Part shown: positions 40,601 through 52,784 of the stretch, piece by piece
Numbering within the stretch: position 1 is the first letter of the stretch
How the letters are laid out: each line of letters starts with the position of its first letter
From: Podarcis pityusensis
Lineage: Eukaryota
Strand: one strand, 5' to 3'
Assembly: GCA_964106645.2 (NCBI GenBank)
Contig: OZ067047.1
DNA: 64,000 nt
Position numbers and translations under genes: made by a program
Notes under the pieces: model-generated
What the model saw: the letters and a program-made list of their open reading frames with translations, nothing else
What the model was told of the DNA's origin: nothing
Database searches by the model: none

Positions 40601-41213
40601 TGTCTCGGGTTCTTCTTGGAAGGATATATGGATATGCAGTAAACACACTCTTTTTGGTAATGATAACACCCAAAGATCCATTTGAGTTAAGCCAGCCATT
40701 GAGATGGAATAGAACTATGCCAGTCAACTTGTTTCTGTCAAGTGGAATCTTCCTCCATTTTGTACTTATTAATGTGAGCATCATTTACTACTGGCCTTTT
40801 CTGAACTCAGAAATGCATCCTATTTGAAGATGGAAAACAATGTTATAATTATAGGAAGGCCAGCAAGGGCTCCGGCCTGCTTTACGTTTGTGTGACTGCC
40901 ACCTTAACAAAAAAACAACAAACATTATTCTCTTAGCTAATTTTTTTTAGAAGGCTATATGAGTAGGACATGATCTGGCTAAACTTGGTGGGAGACAGTC
41001 AATGAGGTCCTGGATTTTATTAAGGGTCCCCATTAGCTTTCTCCTTTCCCCCCAATTTGAGCAGTGATGGGAAACATTCCTATTGTGCCTTATGGATGTT
41101 GACAACTCTTGACCTGCAGGAACAATACACAAATCTTTCCCTTTAGGCTTTAGATTGCCCAGAGTTAAAAATGCTTAAGATTCATCTTTTAAGAAGGACT
41201 TTTGGATTTGCAT

Positions 41214-41215
<2 letters not shown>

Positions 41216-41243
<28 letters not shown>
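41216..41243. repeat. Poly(A) tract, ~28 nt
   Basis: Direct inspection. Confidence 0.9.
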
Positions 41244-41247
<4 letters not shown>

Positions 41248-42301
41248 AAAGTGGACCAATATTTTCAAAATAAGCAACATTAGTGGTGTTGGTGTTTATG
41301 TACTGCTTTTTGAAATAGAGCCCCCCCGGGGGGGCATTTTATACAACAAAATACACAGTCAAGTGCAATTTTAAAAATCACTGCACTTTGGCTTTTGGCT
41401 GGACTAGAAGGGGCTACCAACCCCCAACCCCCAGTACACATAAATATGAGCACCAGGAATGAACGAAGATTTGCACATTTTTGTTATGTTAACATTCAGC
41501 TTCCAGCATTTAATTTGCAGCAAATAAAAGTTTGGTACAATGCCTTTATTTTATTCCCCGCACCTTTTGGTGTGTGTTACGTTTGAAAGGAATAGGATAT
41601 TCTGTAGCTCAACAGCAGCTGCATAAAAATGTCCTTTTTAAACATGGGCCAATTTGATGCCTTTGAGATTCCAAACAGAACTACTTATATTTGAATCCCT
41701 GTTACCTGAATTTCATTTATATATCCCTCATGTCACCTGTTGGTTGAACCATTCAGATAAATGAGGCATCATATAATGGCCAGCTATGCTTGTAGTGACA
41801 CAGGGACTTCAAATGACATTGGCCACCTCATGAGGAAATACAGCTCACTTGCATTGATGCGCAACAATGCTGGTTCCTACTTGTCAACTGAGAAAGAGAA
41901 GCAAGATCAACATCCTCCGCACGATGCATTTCTGAGGCCTTGCTCACATACGGACACAATGGTGGCGGTAAAATTATTCCTGGACAACTTTAGATAGGCA
42001 ATTACATGGTTGAATGAAAAATTCCCTGCCCCTATGCCAGCTTTCTGTTAGGCAAAGGCTGTGCTACTTGGTAGTACTTAGTTTTTGTGTGTGCTGAGGG
42101 ACCATTCAGAGCCCTTCCACTTCTGGGTAACCTGAACTGGTGTAATCCAGAAAGAATTTTAATATTTCATCCGCTGTTTGGGGAAACTTTAGTCTGTGGC
42201 CTTGCCACAACTAATAACCATCATCATTGACCATGTTTCTTCTTGTTCTATTATTATTATTATTATTATTCTTTTTTTTTCTCCCTTGTTTGTAAACAAA
42301 G

Positions 42302-42400
42302 ATGAGGAAAAAGGAGCGTTCTCGGACCTGCCCCAAAAAAGTGATCATGCTCTCTTCTTCCTCCATTTGCACTTCCTCTCCATCGTACCCCAGTCAGCAG
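42302..42400 (+). CDS. MICAL3: MICAL3 cassette exon B (MRKKERSRTCPKKVIMLSSSSICTSSPSYPSQQ), 99 nt, phase 0-0
   Basis: Pyrimidine tract then acaaag|ATG...CAG|gtgatt; stop-free; RTCPKKVI motif recalled from MICAL3 isoforms. Confidence 0.75.
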
Positions 42401-44130
42401 GTGATTTCATTCTGCATGCTCTGTCCTCCTTTCCCTCTCTTCCTGCTTCCACAACTAGGCCACATACCCCTTCTGTTTTGAGTTTTCTCCTAAAACTGAA
42501 TAGTGTCAGCAGACCTCTTGATCTTCCCCTCCCCAAAACCAGTAACACAAGCAAACCCAGAATTCATTTTATCATTGTTTGATTTAAGGTAATGTACACA
42601 TATAACTTCCTTACATTCTGTTGTTATGGTGACGTTGTGTAGTAGGTTGGTGTACCAAACAAAAACCTGAGATATTAGTAAAGGTTGCTGTTGATAGTGC
42701 CCAGTTGTTATATTGGATGCTGTAAGAGCAGTGACACACTGGTTTCTGGATCTAAAATGAGCAGTCTAGGTGGCCTTCAGCTTGGTTTTGCATTGTAATG
42801 AGAAGAGAAGCATAATGTAATGCCTCTGTAGGCTTCCCATTCATTGCTGAGATTACAGGCACATCCTTTATCCATCTGTTTATTTGAAGTACTTGCATGT
42901 TACCTTTCAGAGAAAAGCCACTCACTCCCAAGGTGGCTTACAAAAGATATTTCAGGACAATTTAGCGGTTTAGGATATTTTCTCTCCCCTGCCCCCATTA
43001 AATACCACTGAAAGGGGTGTCCTATCTCAGGATCAGAGCTTATCCTGGATCTTACTTTCACTCTAATGAAACTAAGATAGATAATGTGCCTAAACCCGCT
43101 TCCTCTGGGCTGGTCTAGTACAACTCTCATTACCCCAGACCATTAGCCATGTTGGGTAGGGTTGATGGAAGTTGGGGGTCCAACAACATCCTCAGGGCAC
43201 CAGATTGGGGAATGTTAGCCTTGAAGCAGATTCTTATATTTGGCCTGTGATGTGGGAACTGCTGCAGCGCTTCTCCCACAGCACCAGGATGACTTTGTTT
43301 AATAAAGGGGTCGTGCAGACATCCTACAGTTTGCTAGAATGTAAACCCATTGTTGTACCTACATTACTTAGAAGTTGGGGGAGGCCAGGATGCTCCCCGC
43401 TTCATGAGAATGACAAGGAATTCCAAAACATAGCCCCCAAAAGTCTTCCAGGTTTTACCAATTCTAGCCTGCTGCGGTTTCCCTTACTTTCCTAGTGTGT
43501 TGTGCTGCTCTTACTTACCTCCACCAACTGACCCATAGTACCACTAATCAGCATGGCAGTCGTCTAGAATGCCTGGGCCCAGCTGTGTTACCTGGCTTTG
43601 GGACCTTGGGAAGCCTGCCCCATTTCCTGGTCACCCTCCCTCACTGATGTTGTTAAAACATTCCTCCAAAGTAGTTTATTGTTGAATACTTTGTTCAAAT
43701 TAGGCACCCCAGTTACATGATTGTGTCAAAAATGTGGGGGCCTTGAGTCAATTTATAATAAATGGTTTTATTTGAGTTTTTATTATAAAATTAGATAACA
43801 GTGCAAAATACACTGATACAATACGGGGCAGTCGTACAATTCATCTCAACATCAGTTACATATTTTATTGGTATCACTCCATGTTGAACGTTCCGTTTGT
43901 GCAAGCATTGCAACTTGCCGGAAAGAATAATTCCTTCTCTCTTCTCCTCCCCAGCGTGCTGCTGTCGGGGTTCTCCTGACCCCCACTCCCTAGCCAATTT
44001 CAAGGGGAGTAGGGGGTGGAGAGGAGGGGAAACCCATTGCACAAGGGGAAGTCCTTGTGCAGGACATTCACTAGCTGTGTTTGTTTTGTTAGGTGAATCA
44101 TGGTACATAGTTTACCGCAGAAGTTCCCTC

Positions 44131-44364
44131 CAGTGTGGTGTAGTGGTTAAGAGCGGTAGTCTCGTAATCTGGGGAACCGGGTTCGCGTCTCCGCTCCTCC
44201 ACATGCAGCTGCTGGGTGACCTTGGGCCAGTCACACTTCTTTGAAGTCTCTCAGCCCCACTCACCTCACAGAGTGTTTGTTGTGGGGGAGGAAGGGAAAG
44301 GAGAATGTTAGCCGCTTTGAGACTCCTGAAGGGGAGTGAAAGGTGGGATCTCAAATCCAAATCC
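44131..44364 (+). mobile_element. tRNA-derived SINE with L2-type tail (Squam3-like)
   Basis: A box tggtgtagtggtt, B box ggttcgcgtct, gggtgaccttgggccagtcac core, agccgctttgag 3' region. Confidence 0.8.
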
Positions 44365-45333
44365 ATAATGTCAGGGCCAAAATAGAATTATTGATAAATG
44401 CACACTTATTCTGATGTCTGCAACGTAGAATATGGTTTACTTACAGTTGGAAAAACTGGGTCAGCTTCTCTTGCTTGATCTGCAAGAAGAGTTAGCTTCT
44501 AAATGGGAAACTTACCACTCAGTCTTGTAAACTATTTGTTTTTAAGGTGTTTTATATTTCATATATAGTTGCATTGACTCACAAAACTGGAAAGTTGAAG
44601 GAAACAGTACTATTTAAACAGCACGTAAAATTATAAAGATCCATTTGGAAGGGGGGGGGTGTGCGCGCGCGTGCGCGCACACACACACACACACACATTT
44701 TGTCTTATGAAGTATGACCAGGTTTGTGAGTTTCTGGGAGCTACATTTTTATAAAACTATACCTGTGTGTATAGAGGATAATCAAAGCTGCCTCCAGGTG
44801 CCTGCATTCTTGGGGCAGGGAAGATTACGGTCTGTCTTATCGTAGGATACCACTGTGGATTTCCCAGGCCAGGGAGCCTTGTTTCTTGTTCACGTTGAGG
44901 GGACCCCAGGCTCTTCAAAATAACCTTTGAATTAAAAACAGACTTGGTGATCACTTAAGCTCAGTGGACATATCTCACTTTGCCTCTAAAGTTTATTCCT
45001 CATATTACTTTTAAAACTAGGATTTTCCAAGGAACAATTTACGGTTTCTTGGGAGCAGTTCCTCCTTCTGCCGCCACCACCACGTGTATCACTGTGTGGA
45101 TATTTATTGCTGTTGTCACCATTTACTAACACAGTTTGTATAAAGTATCCTTTTTAAATGCTCTGCACAAAACCTCTTTCTTCACAGCAGCCACATGATC
45201 TTTGCAAACCTCCTATGGCTTTTCCAGGACTGTGGTTTTAATGTTTCTCTTGTAGGGTGACTCCTAACTGAACGATGCTATCTTTCTGTGAGTGTGTATG
45301 TGGGATTTGTCAAGGTCATTATTTTGCCTGCAG

Positions 45334-45390
45334 GCAAACAGGGAACCTCATGGAGAACCAGCTGGAGAGCAGAGTCCCAGACAGCAGCGG
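45334..45390 (+). CDS. MICAL3: MICAL3 cassette exon C (ANREPHGEPAGEQSPRQQR), 57 nt, phase 0-0
   Basis: cctgcag|GCA...CGG|gtaaaa; stop-free, multiple of 3; two GCATG motifs just downstream. Confidence 0.65.
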
Positions 45391-45959
45391 GTAAAATAGC
45401 ATGAGCAAAAGCAGCATGAAGAGGGTGTGTGCACTCTTGGGAGAATGTTGTGCAAGCTGGGGGTGGGTAAGAGAAGGCTGGAGAGCTATTCATATGCCAG
45501 CATAATACTAATAGCCAAGCTCTACTGAAAATGCTTCGTAAAAATAGTGGTTTTGTGTCTGTATGGCCTTTGCAGAATTACTTGCTTGACAGACTTTTGA
45601 TCACTTTGAGCATCATGCAGTATGTTTTTTTTCCGTCGGGCACATATTAGCACTTTGAATTTGGCATTCCCCATTTTTCTCTATAATAGGAGATACTATA
45701 GTGGAGTAGAAAGGGCCTGCTGATGTGTCGGAAAATATCTATCCATCTCTCTGAATCATTATTACCTCGTTCTTCAGCCAAAAAAGCTCCCAGAGCAGCT
45801 TACAGATCAATAAAAAGCTAGACAAGCCTAGCCCTCAGGCTCACACTTTAAAAGGAATGACACAAAATGAAAAAGGGATGGGGCAGAAAGAGGAAAACAA
45901 GACAATGCAGGAACCAGTTCTTTGTTAGTTCTTTTTGTAAATAATAAAACTATTGTTAC

Positions 45960-46141
45960 TCCCTGTGGAACACCCTCCCGTCTGATGTCAAGGAGATAAA
46001 GAACTATACAACTTTTAGAAGACATCTGAAGGCAGCCCTGTATTGGGAAGTTGTTGTTTGGCGTTTTATCGTGGTTTTCTGTGGGCTGGAAACTGCCCAG
46101 AGTGGCAGGGGAAACCCAGCCCGATGGGTAGAGTATTGAAA

Positions 46142-46172
<31 letters not shown>
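45960..46172 (+). mobile_element. L2 3' end with (AAAT)n tail, inserted into an older L2-type element (45750-46210)
   Basis: Reverse complement of the 540-750 element; older host resembles 27220-27420. Confidence 0.75.
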
Positions 46173-47171
46173 ATAGCTGGGATAGAAACAGTTCACGTAG
46201 CCTGATGGAATAAATCTTCATGACAGTAGGGAAAAAGGGACATTTTTAAGCATCCCCCCACAAAAGCATAGAAAACTAAATTAACTGGAATAAGCTTGGA
46301 CCAAAGTAGAATATACAAGGAAAGAGAATGAATTGACTTAATAAAGGCATGGATCGATGCTGCAGTCTGCCTGCTCAATATATTTCTAAAAGCTGCTCAT
46401 CACAGTAAATAATTTTGAAAAGGAACCCTACACGATACAGTTTTGAGGATACTGAGGATTTTGTGTTAAACATCACTAGCCCCTCACAGAGAACTATGCC
46501 TTTGCCATTGTTTCCCTTCCATGACCCTTCTCTTCACCACTAGCTTGGTATTGCATCCAGTCTCCAAAACAACCAGGTTAAAAAGTTGGAGCGAGGGAAG
46601 TGAGGAAGAAAACCCCAGAGGTTTTGTCCCTGTGTCGATATTGCATCTGCCTGGCTTCCCTGCCTCTATTCACTCCCTACCTCTCAGTAGTTTTCGTCAC
46701 TACAGACAGCAAGTGCCCTTCTCCAGATCCCTGTGACACACCTGTATTTCACAGCAGCTAACCTATGATGCTGCTTTGGCGGCACAATCTTGGCTCCTTT
46801 TCCTGCTGCTGTAGGATTCATAAACCACAGCTTCCAAAGGTCACAGCCCTCTGCATGCTTCCTGAGCAGTAAACTTATTTAAATCAGTGACTTCCAGAGT
46901 AGACCTAATTTGGATTTGGCTACTGTAAATGGTTTGTGTTATATGTATGTCACATCTGCAGGGTGTGTGTGTGCAACCTTCATCCAGAGGATTTTGAGCT
47001 CTTGTTCCCCTCCTTGCCCGTGTCCCACTTTTTTTTTTATGCACAAGCATTTAATTAACTGCCTCTGACCTTATTTTCAGCTTTGTTTCTTTTCCTACTG
47101 CCATGCTTTTTCCATGAATATTTTTTCCCCTGTGCTCTCTTGTTCATTTTCCCTCACTCATTATTCTGCAG

Positions 47172-47285
47172 AGACCTCACCAGTTCTTTTCAGATGACCG
47201 TGTGCCAGAGCGCACGCTTACCATTGAGCAGAGGGCAAGCCAGCTGGCTGCCCTCCTGGAGCAAAGGCCAGCAACCAGGCATCAG
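47172..47285 (+). CDS. MICAL3: MICAL3 cassette exon D (RPHQFFSDDRVPERTLTIEQRASQLAALLEQRPATRHQ), 114 nt, phase 0-0
   Basis: ~90-nt pyrimidine tract, ctgcag|AGA...CAG|gtgact; stop-free; helical motif resembles exon 15. Confidence 0.7.
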
Positions 47286-48544
47286 GTGACTGCCTTCCTG
47301 TCTGTCTGGCGCTTTGTGTCTGCTTGCCGTTCCGTAGAATGGGAAATGAAAGGTTGCTTGGGCTGTAACATGGCTGGCATCAGATGTCCTGTTTTAATGG
47401 CTGATGAGTACATTATCACATTGTAGCAGAACATTTTCAAGCACTCTGGGTAAACAACAATATCCAAACTCATTATTCCGTCTTTCCTGTTAACTTACTG
47501 TTCCTGCTTGCTGAATCAACACTTAATCTTGCATAGATGCGTCTAGCACTAATAAAAAGTTGTGTGGCATATGTGGGGAAGAAGCTCCTAACTTAAAGGG
47601 GCTTTTTAGAGTTTGCACTTCCATAAGAGTAGGGTAGAATGTGTATTGAAAGACTCAGCTAGATTCAAGAAGTGTTGGTGGAGCATTGCTTAGCCAGTCT
47701 GGAGAGGAAGAGGGTCTGCGGTATGTAACTAGGTTTTGGAAGCAAGGTTCTATAAAATTAGCTTGCTAAAGAGTAACCCAAAACAAATGAAACCAGGAAG
47801 TTAACTAACCCCAGAACAGCCTTTATATATAAACCAAATGGGCTTTGAAAACTTGTTTATTTCTTTAAGCAATATACACATTCTTGCTATATGTGCTCTA
47901 ATTTTTAAACATGTATGTCAGTGCCAATATTCAATCATATATCATCAGTTGCTGATCAGAATTTATTTTCTGACCCTGAGTGGGCTGTTATAATGTATTT
48001 CATCTCGTTAAACTCTGGAAGGTCTAATATCAATTGCTTTTAGTCATTTTGCCAAACAAAATACTGATGGGGTAAAAGAGGCTATTGAATGCAAGCACAT
48101 GCATTTTGACATGTGTCTTGCTTAACAGTCTTGCAGTCTCTCTTACCATGCAGAAATTTTAGAAAGTTGTTTCTTTTCAACCTTCTTACTAGGAATTTTT
48201 GGTATTGCTTCATGATTGGAATAGAATTCCTCGTATTTTATTCAGGATACATCTAGCCCACAGTTCTTTATAAATCCACTCATTTCTAAAACTTGAAAGA
48301 CAAGCATCAGGAAGGTCATTCACAGCTGAAATTAGTACATGGATTTGGTGTTCCACCATTCCCTCCCCCCCAAATATCAATGTTCTGAACTTTGGCTGGG
48401 GAGTTTAAAAGTAGTAGGGCATGCCCACAGTTTTCCTACGTCACTTGCAAGCTACAAGATCTCTGCTGCCTGTCTCACCCGCCCCTTCCCAAAAGCTCCT
48501 ATTTTGAAATGCCGTCTTCTGACTTTCTCATCTTTATTTTGTAG

Positions 48545-48652
48545 CCAGAGATTGAGCGATCTCGTCGATCTGTTGTTGAGCAGTGGGAGCTCTCCCGCAA
48601 CCTCCGCTCTTCCAGTCGCCCTTCTTCTCCCTCCTCTGACTCCCTCAGACAG
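48545..48652 (+). CDS. MICAL3: MICAL3 cassette exon E (PEIERSRRSVVEQWELSRNLRSSSRPSSPSSDSLRQ), 108 nt, phase 0-0
   Basis: ttgtag|CCA...CAG|gtagca; stop-free; QWELS..LRSS.RP.SPSSDSLRQ recalled from MICAL3 isoforms. Confidence 0.82.
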
Positions 48653-50099
48653 GTAGCATGGTGTGGGGCTTGAGGCTGCACCCGGTTGCACATCTTTGGC
48701 CTATTCCATCTCCTGCCACTTGAGAATGCCGCACTGGATAAAGCTAGGCTAATAAGTTCTCTTTGCCTTGGGTGTGGCTGAGCTTAGCCTGTGTGCCTGC
48801 AGAAAGGCTTGGGATTCCTCTGTACCCTGGTTATTCCAAGGCTTGTGAATTTGGAAATGCTCCATATCCTTTACACCTCGGAGTTACTGATTGTCTGGTA
48901 GGAGAGAGAGCAATGGCTAGCAAATGTTTCACAAAGAATATTGTATGTCTCATCCAGAACTGGCTTGTTCTGCCTCCAGATAAGTAAAGGCATACCCTGG
49001 AATGCACTCACCCAGTTGGGAGATGTGTTGGGTCCGAATCACCAAGCCATAGTTTGATCATCAGAAGTCCTTTGTGGGCTGAAATGCTTCTTCCTCTGCT
49101 TTCTCCTGCATCTTCCTTGGGCTTCTTCACTTCACTTTCATTTCCTCCGTAGCTATATCTTGGTTTTATTATAATGTTTTGAACAGGTGCTGCCATAATC
49201 ACTTCTCACTATAATTCATTCTCAAGTTGGCAATTAAAGCCAAGTTCAAATTGTGGTTTGAGTCACTCAAATGAAAACAAAATTAGGCTAGCAGTAATTA
49301 TGACCTGCTAGTTTAACCACGGCTTCCCAGTATATCTTTTGCTATGCGGGGAAGGGAAGTGGAATAATGCAGACTGCTACTGACCACCAAACCATGGTGA
49401 TGTTGGAACTGGACCATTGTGTAAACGGCCATTTCTGACTACTAAGGATCCCCCAATAAGGCTTCATTGTTGCCAAGAGTGGGATTCACTGTGTTGTCTG
49501 TCTCTTAACAGCTGTTTCTAGCACTGGATTTTCTGTGACCATTGAACATCTACATGATGAATAACTGCTTGTTTGCTGCTTCACTTTGAGGATGTGATTC
49601 AAACCACTATATTGCTTTGTGTGTCTTATAATATAACAGATTAGTTGTGGTTTGATTTTTGAACAGCATAGTGAATACTGAAATGCTTGCTGCTTGTCTC
49701 ATCTAGATTAAGGTTTAAGGGATTTCTGATTGTTCTATAGGAAGAGCTATACTGTATTGGTCATTGTGTCACTGAATGTTGTCTAATTCTTCAAGATGGG
49801 CATGGAGAATGTGGACACCTGTCTGTTGTAGAACTAATATTTGCTTTTAAACAATGTAGTCTTGCTCTGAGAATTCTGTAGAGTTTTTATGGGAGAGGTG
49901 GATTAGATTCAAATTGATATTAGGGAAATGTAATAATCTTTAGCATGGGCAAGAAGCACCATCCTTTAGAGCACATAGTCCCCTCTGTCTGCTTGTAGAG
50001 TGGGGAAGAGAAGGACTCACCAACCAAGGCCTTCCCTTCAAAAGAAAACTTGTGGATGACAATAGACCTGTTTCTGACAAAATTCTCACAATTGTTGGA

Positions 50100-51180
50100 A
50101 ATAGGTCAGGGAATCCCCCAAAGATCTGTATTGGGACAGTCTATGAGGAAGTCCGTAGCTGAAGAGATTTGTTTTGCACACAGTCCACACACAAAAGAAA
50201 AAATAGAAGAGGCTGTCTTAGAGACAATAAGACTGTGTAACTTGCCCACAAATGATCTGGAAGTGATCAGTGAAAGCCAACTTTGCAGATGGCACCAATT
50301 TATAGAGCATGATGAAAACCTGAGCAGACTGTGAAGAGTTCCAAAAGAACATCTCCAAATGAGGTGAAGGGGCAAAAAATGTGCTAATAAGTGTAAAGTG
50401 ATATATATTGGAACAAAACATTCCAATGCTGATTGAGTCTAAACTGGCTGAGACTGTCCAAGAATGACAACTTGGAGCTGCGGTGGAGAGCTCAGTCAAA
50501 ACTTGGTGCAGCAGCTGTGGAAAGACAAATTCCAATATTGCAGAGGTGGATAAGTGGTGCAGATGAGGCACCAAAATACCAGTCAAGAAGTTGGGAGGGC
50601 ATTCCTGGCAAGGCTTGTATGTTTGGGGCCTTTTAATTTAGAAAAGAAATACTAAAGGAGACACAATATAGGGTTATAAGATGATTATATACTTTTCAAT
50701 GTTTACATGGCATCGAAGTGGTTTATGAAACATTAAAACCAGTTGCACAACCTTGTTGAAATACAGAATAATGAAGAACGTACCATAATTGAAATACACA
50801 ATAAATCCATCCCATTAAAATGTTAAAATAGAAACATGTGATTAAAATATGGAATAAAACTATCGCATTAAAATCCCCCAGCAATTAAAACAGGAGACTT
50901 GGGTCAAGAGATGAAAGGAATGCCTGTATAAACAGGCGTGCCTTCAGAAGCTGGTAGAATACCAATACAGATGTGGAATGCACTACCCCAACACCTGTGC
51001 CATCAATAATACATGATGCGGGGGAAATGAGGGAATGTTTTTCCCTCTCACAAAACTAGAACTCACTTAATGAAATTGTCAGTAACAGATGAAATAAAGC
51101 ATTTTTTTCACACAATATGTAATAAACTTATGGAATTCACTGGTGTCATAAGATGTGGTAGTCAATGGCTCAGATTGGTT
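50100..51180 (+). mobile_element. Degraded CR1 RT fragments interleaved with L2 tail fragments
   Basis: GIPQRSVLG (cf. GVPQGSVLG), tttgcagatggcacc (FADD-like), aagtgtaaagtgatatatattgg. Confidence 0.6.
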
Positions 51181-51390
51181 TTTTTAGTGACTTGTTCATT
51201 TTTTAATTAAATTTATATATCACACATCATACGAAGATCACAGGACAGTTTACAACATAAAAACACAAAATGCATAACACAATCATAATAAAAACAACAC
51301 ACACACACACCACCTTTAAAAGGCCATAGGTTGTTTAACAGAAGGCCTGGTTGAAGAGAAATGTTTTTGCCTAGGTCTAAAAGCAGTCAT

Positions 51391-51726
51391 GGACGCGGGT
51401 GGTGCTGTGGGTTAAACCACAGAGCCTAGGACTTGCCGATCAGAAGGTCGGCGGTTCGAATCCCTGCGACGGGGTGAGCTCCCATTGCTCGGTCCCTGCT
51501 CCTGCCCACCTAGCAGTTCGAAAGCACGTCAGAGTGCAAGGAGATAAATAGGTACTGCTCCGGCGGGAAGGTAAACGGCGTTTCCGTGCGCTGAAGTGAC
51601 ATAGTCATGCTTGCCACATGACCTGGAAACCGTACGTCGGCTCCCTCAGCCAATAAAGCGAGATGAGCACCGCAACCCCAGAGTCGGCCACGACTGGACC
51701 TAATGGTCAGGGGTCCCTTTACCTTT
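51391..51726 (+). mobile_element. Full-length Sauria SINE inserted in an L2 fragment (51200-51390)
   Basis: Near-identical to the 24935 copy; ACCTTT tail; TSD-like taaaagcagtcat/taaacacagtcat. Confidence 0.9.
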
Positions 51727-52784
51727 AAACACAGTCATGAGAATTTACACAGATTCATGGGGGTTATGGATCTTTCAAAATGTGTAGATCGGCAATTAGC
51801 TGCAGTTTGAAATACCATATCAGTTGAGAGTCCTGTTGACTTCAGGCCCTCCGCCTGACCAGTCTTCTGATCCCTCAGGTCTATTCTTCCAACAGAAAGG
51901 CCCATTAGTTGTTAATAATGTATCTACTTAGGTAAATAGAAGGACTTGCTGATTTTACTCTCTGTTCTTCAGTACAAAGTACACTGGCTTATAATAAGTG
52001 GAATATCTGTTGTTTTTGAAAAGGGCAAACTGTCAAAGGTTCTTGAGCTGAATTTGATATTCTGCTTCCTTGCTTGAGAGGCCAGGCAACCCTCATCCAT
52101 CTTCCTCTCCCCATAAACCTAAGGGAGAATTGGCAGGATGCAGTTATATGACTTGCTAGGTGGGACTGTGTGTGAAGAATCTCAGTACCTAAGGTTCTGT
52201 AAACTTAATGGCTTGTGCTCCCCCCCCCCCAAATATATTTCTGAAACACAATCCTATCTAGTTATCTTTTTGTGTTATATGGTTTGCTGCTTAAATAACA
52301 GTTGAAACCAATCATGTTGTTTAAATAAAAATAAGCAAAGGCAGCCATGTTGGTCCATAAGACACTCCCCTCGCAACTTCCATAGTAAAGAAATACCTTT
52401 TTAAGACCAACCAAAATGTAACAAAATAATGGGCAAGCTTTTGGGTTCTCCAGCATTCTTCATAAGCTGGATGTGGGCGAGAAAAAGGCTTGCTTGGTGC
52501 TGAAACTACAGTGTCTGCACATTGGCCTCCGACCTGAGATGGGGTATGAAAAGAGATAGTGGGCTTCATATCCAACTGGGGAGACGGGGATGAAGAAACA
52601 CACAGTGGCTAAAAACACTAGTATTTTTGCAGCCCTGCAAGAAAGAACATATATCTGAGCATGCAAATTTATTACACCCCTCTTTCCCTTTTAACTTCTC
52701 CTCCAGATATCCTTTCCCCAGACTATGTAATTCCCCAGTCTGATTTGGGATATCATAAATAGCCATGATATCCCAATATGGGTA

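Noticed and set aside
43955-44092. Strong-looking acceptor ctcctccccag as a seventh cassette exon
   Set aside because: In-frame TAG after 12 codons, and the tract belongs to a MITE related to 55386-55612.
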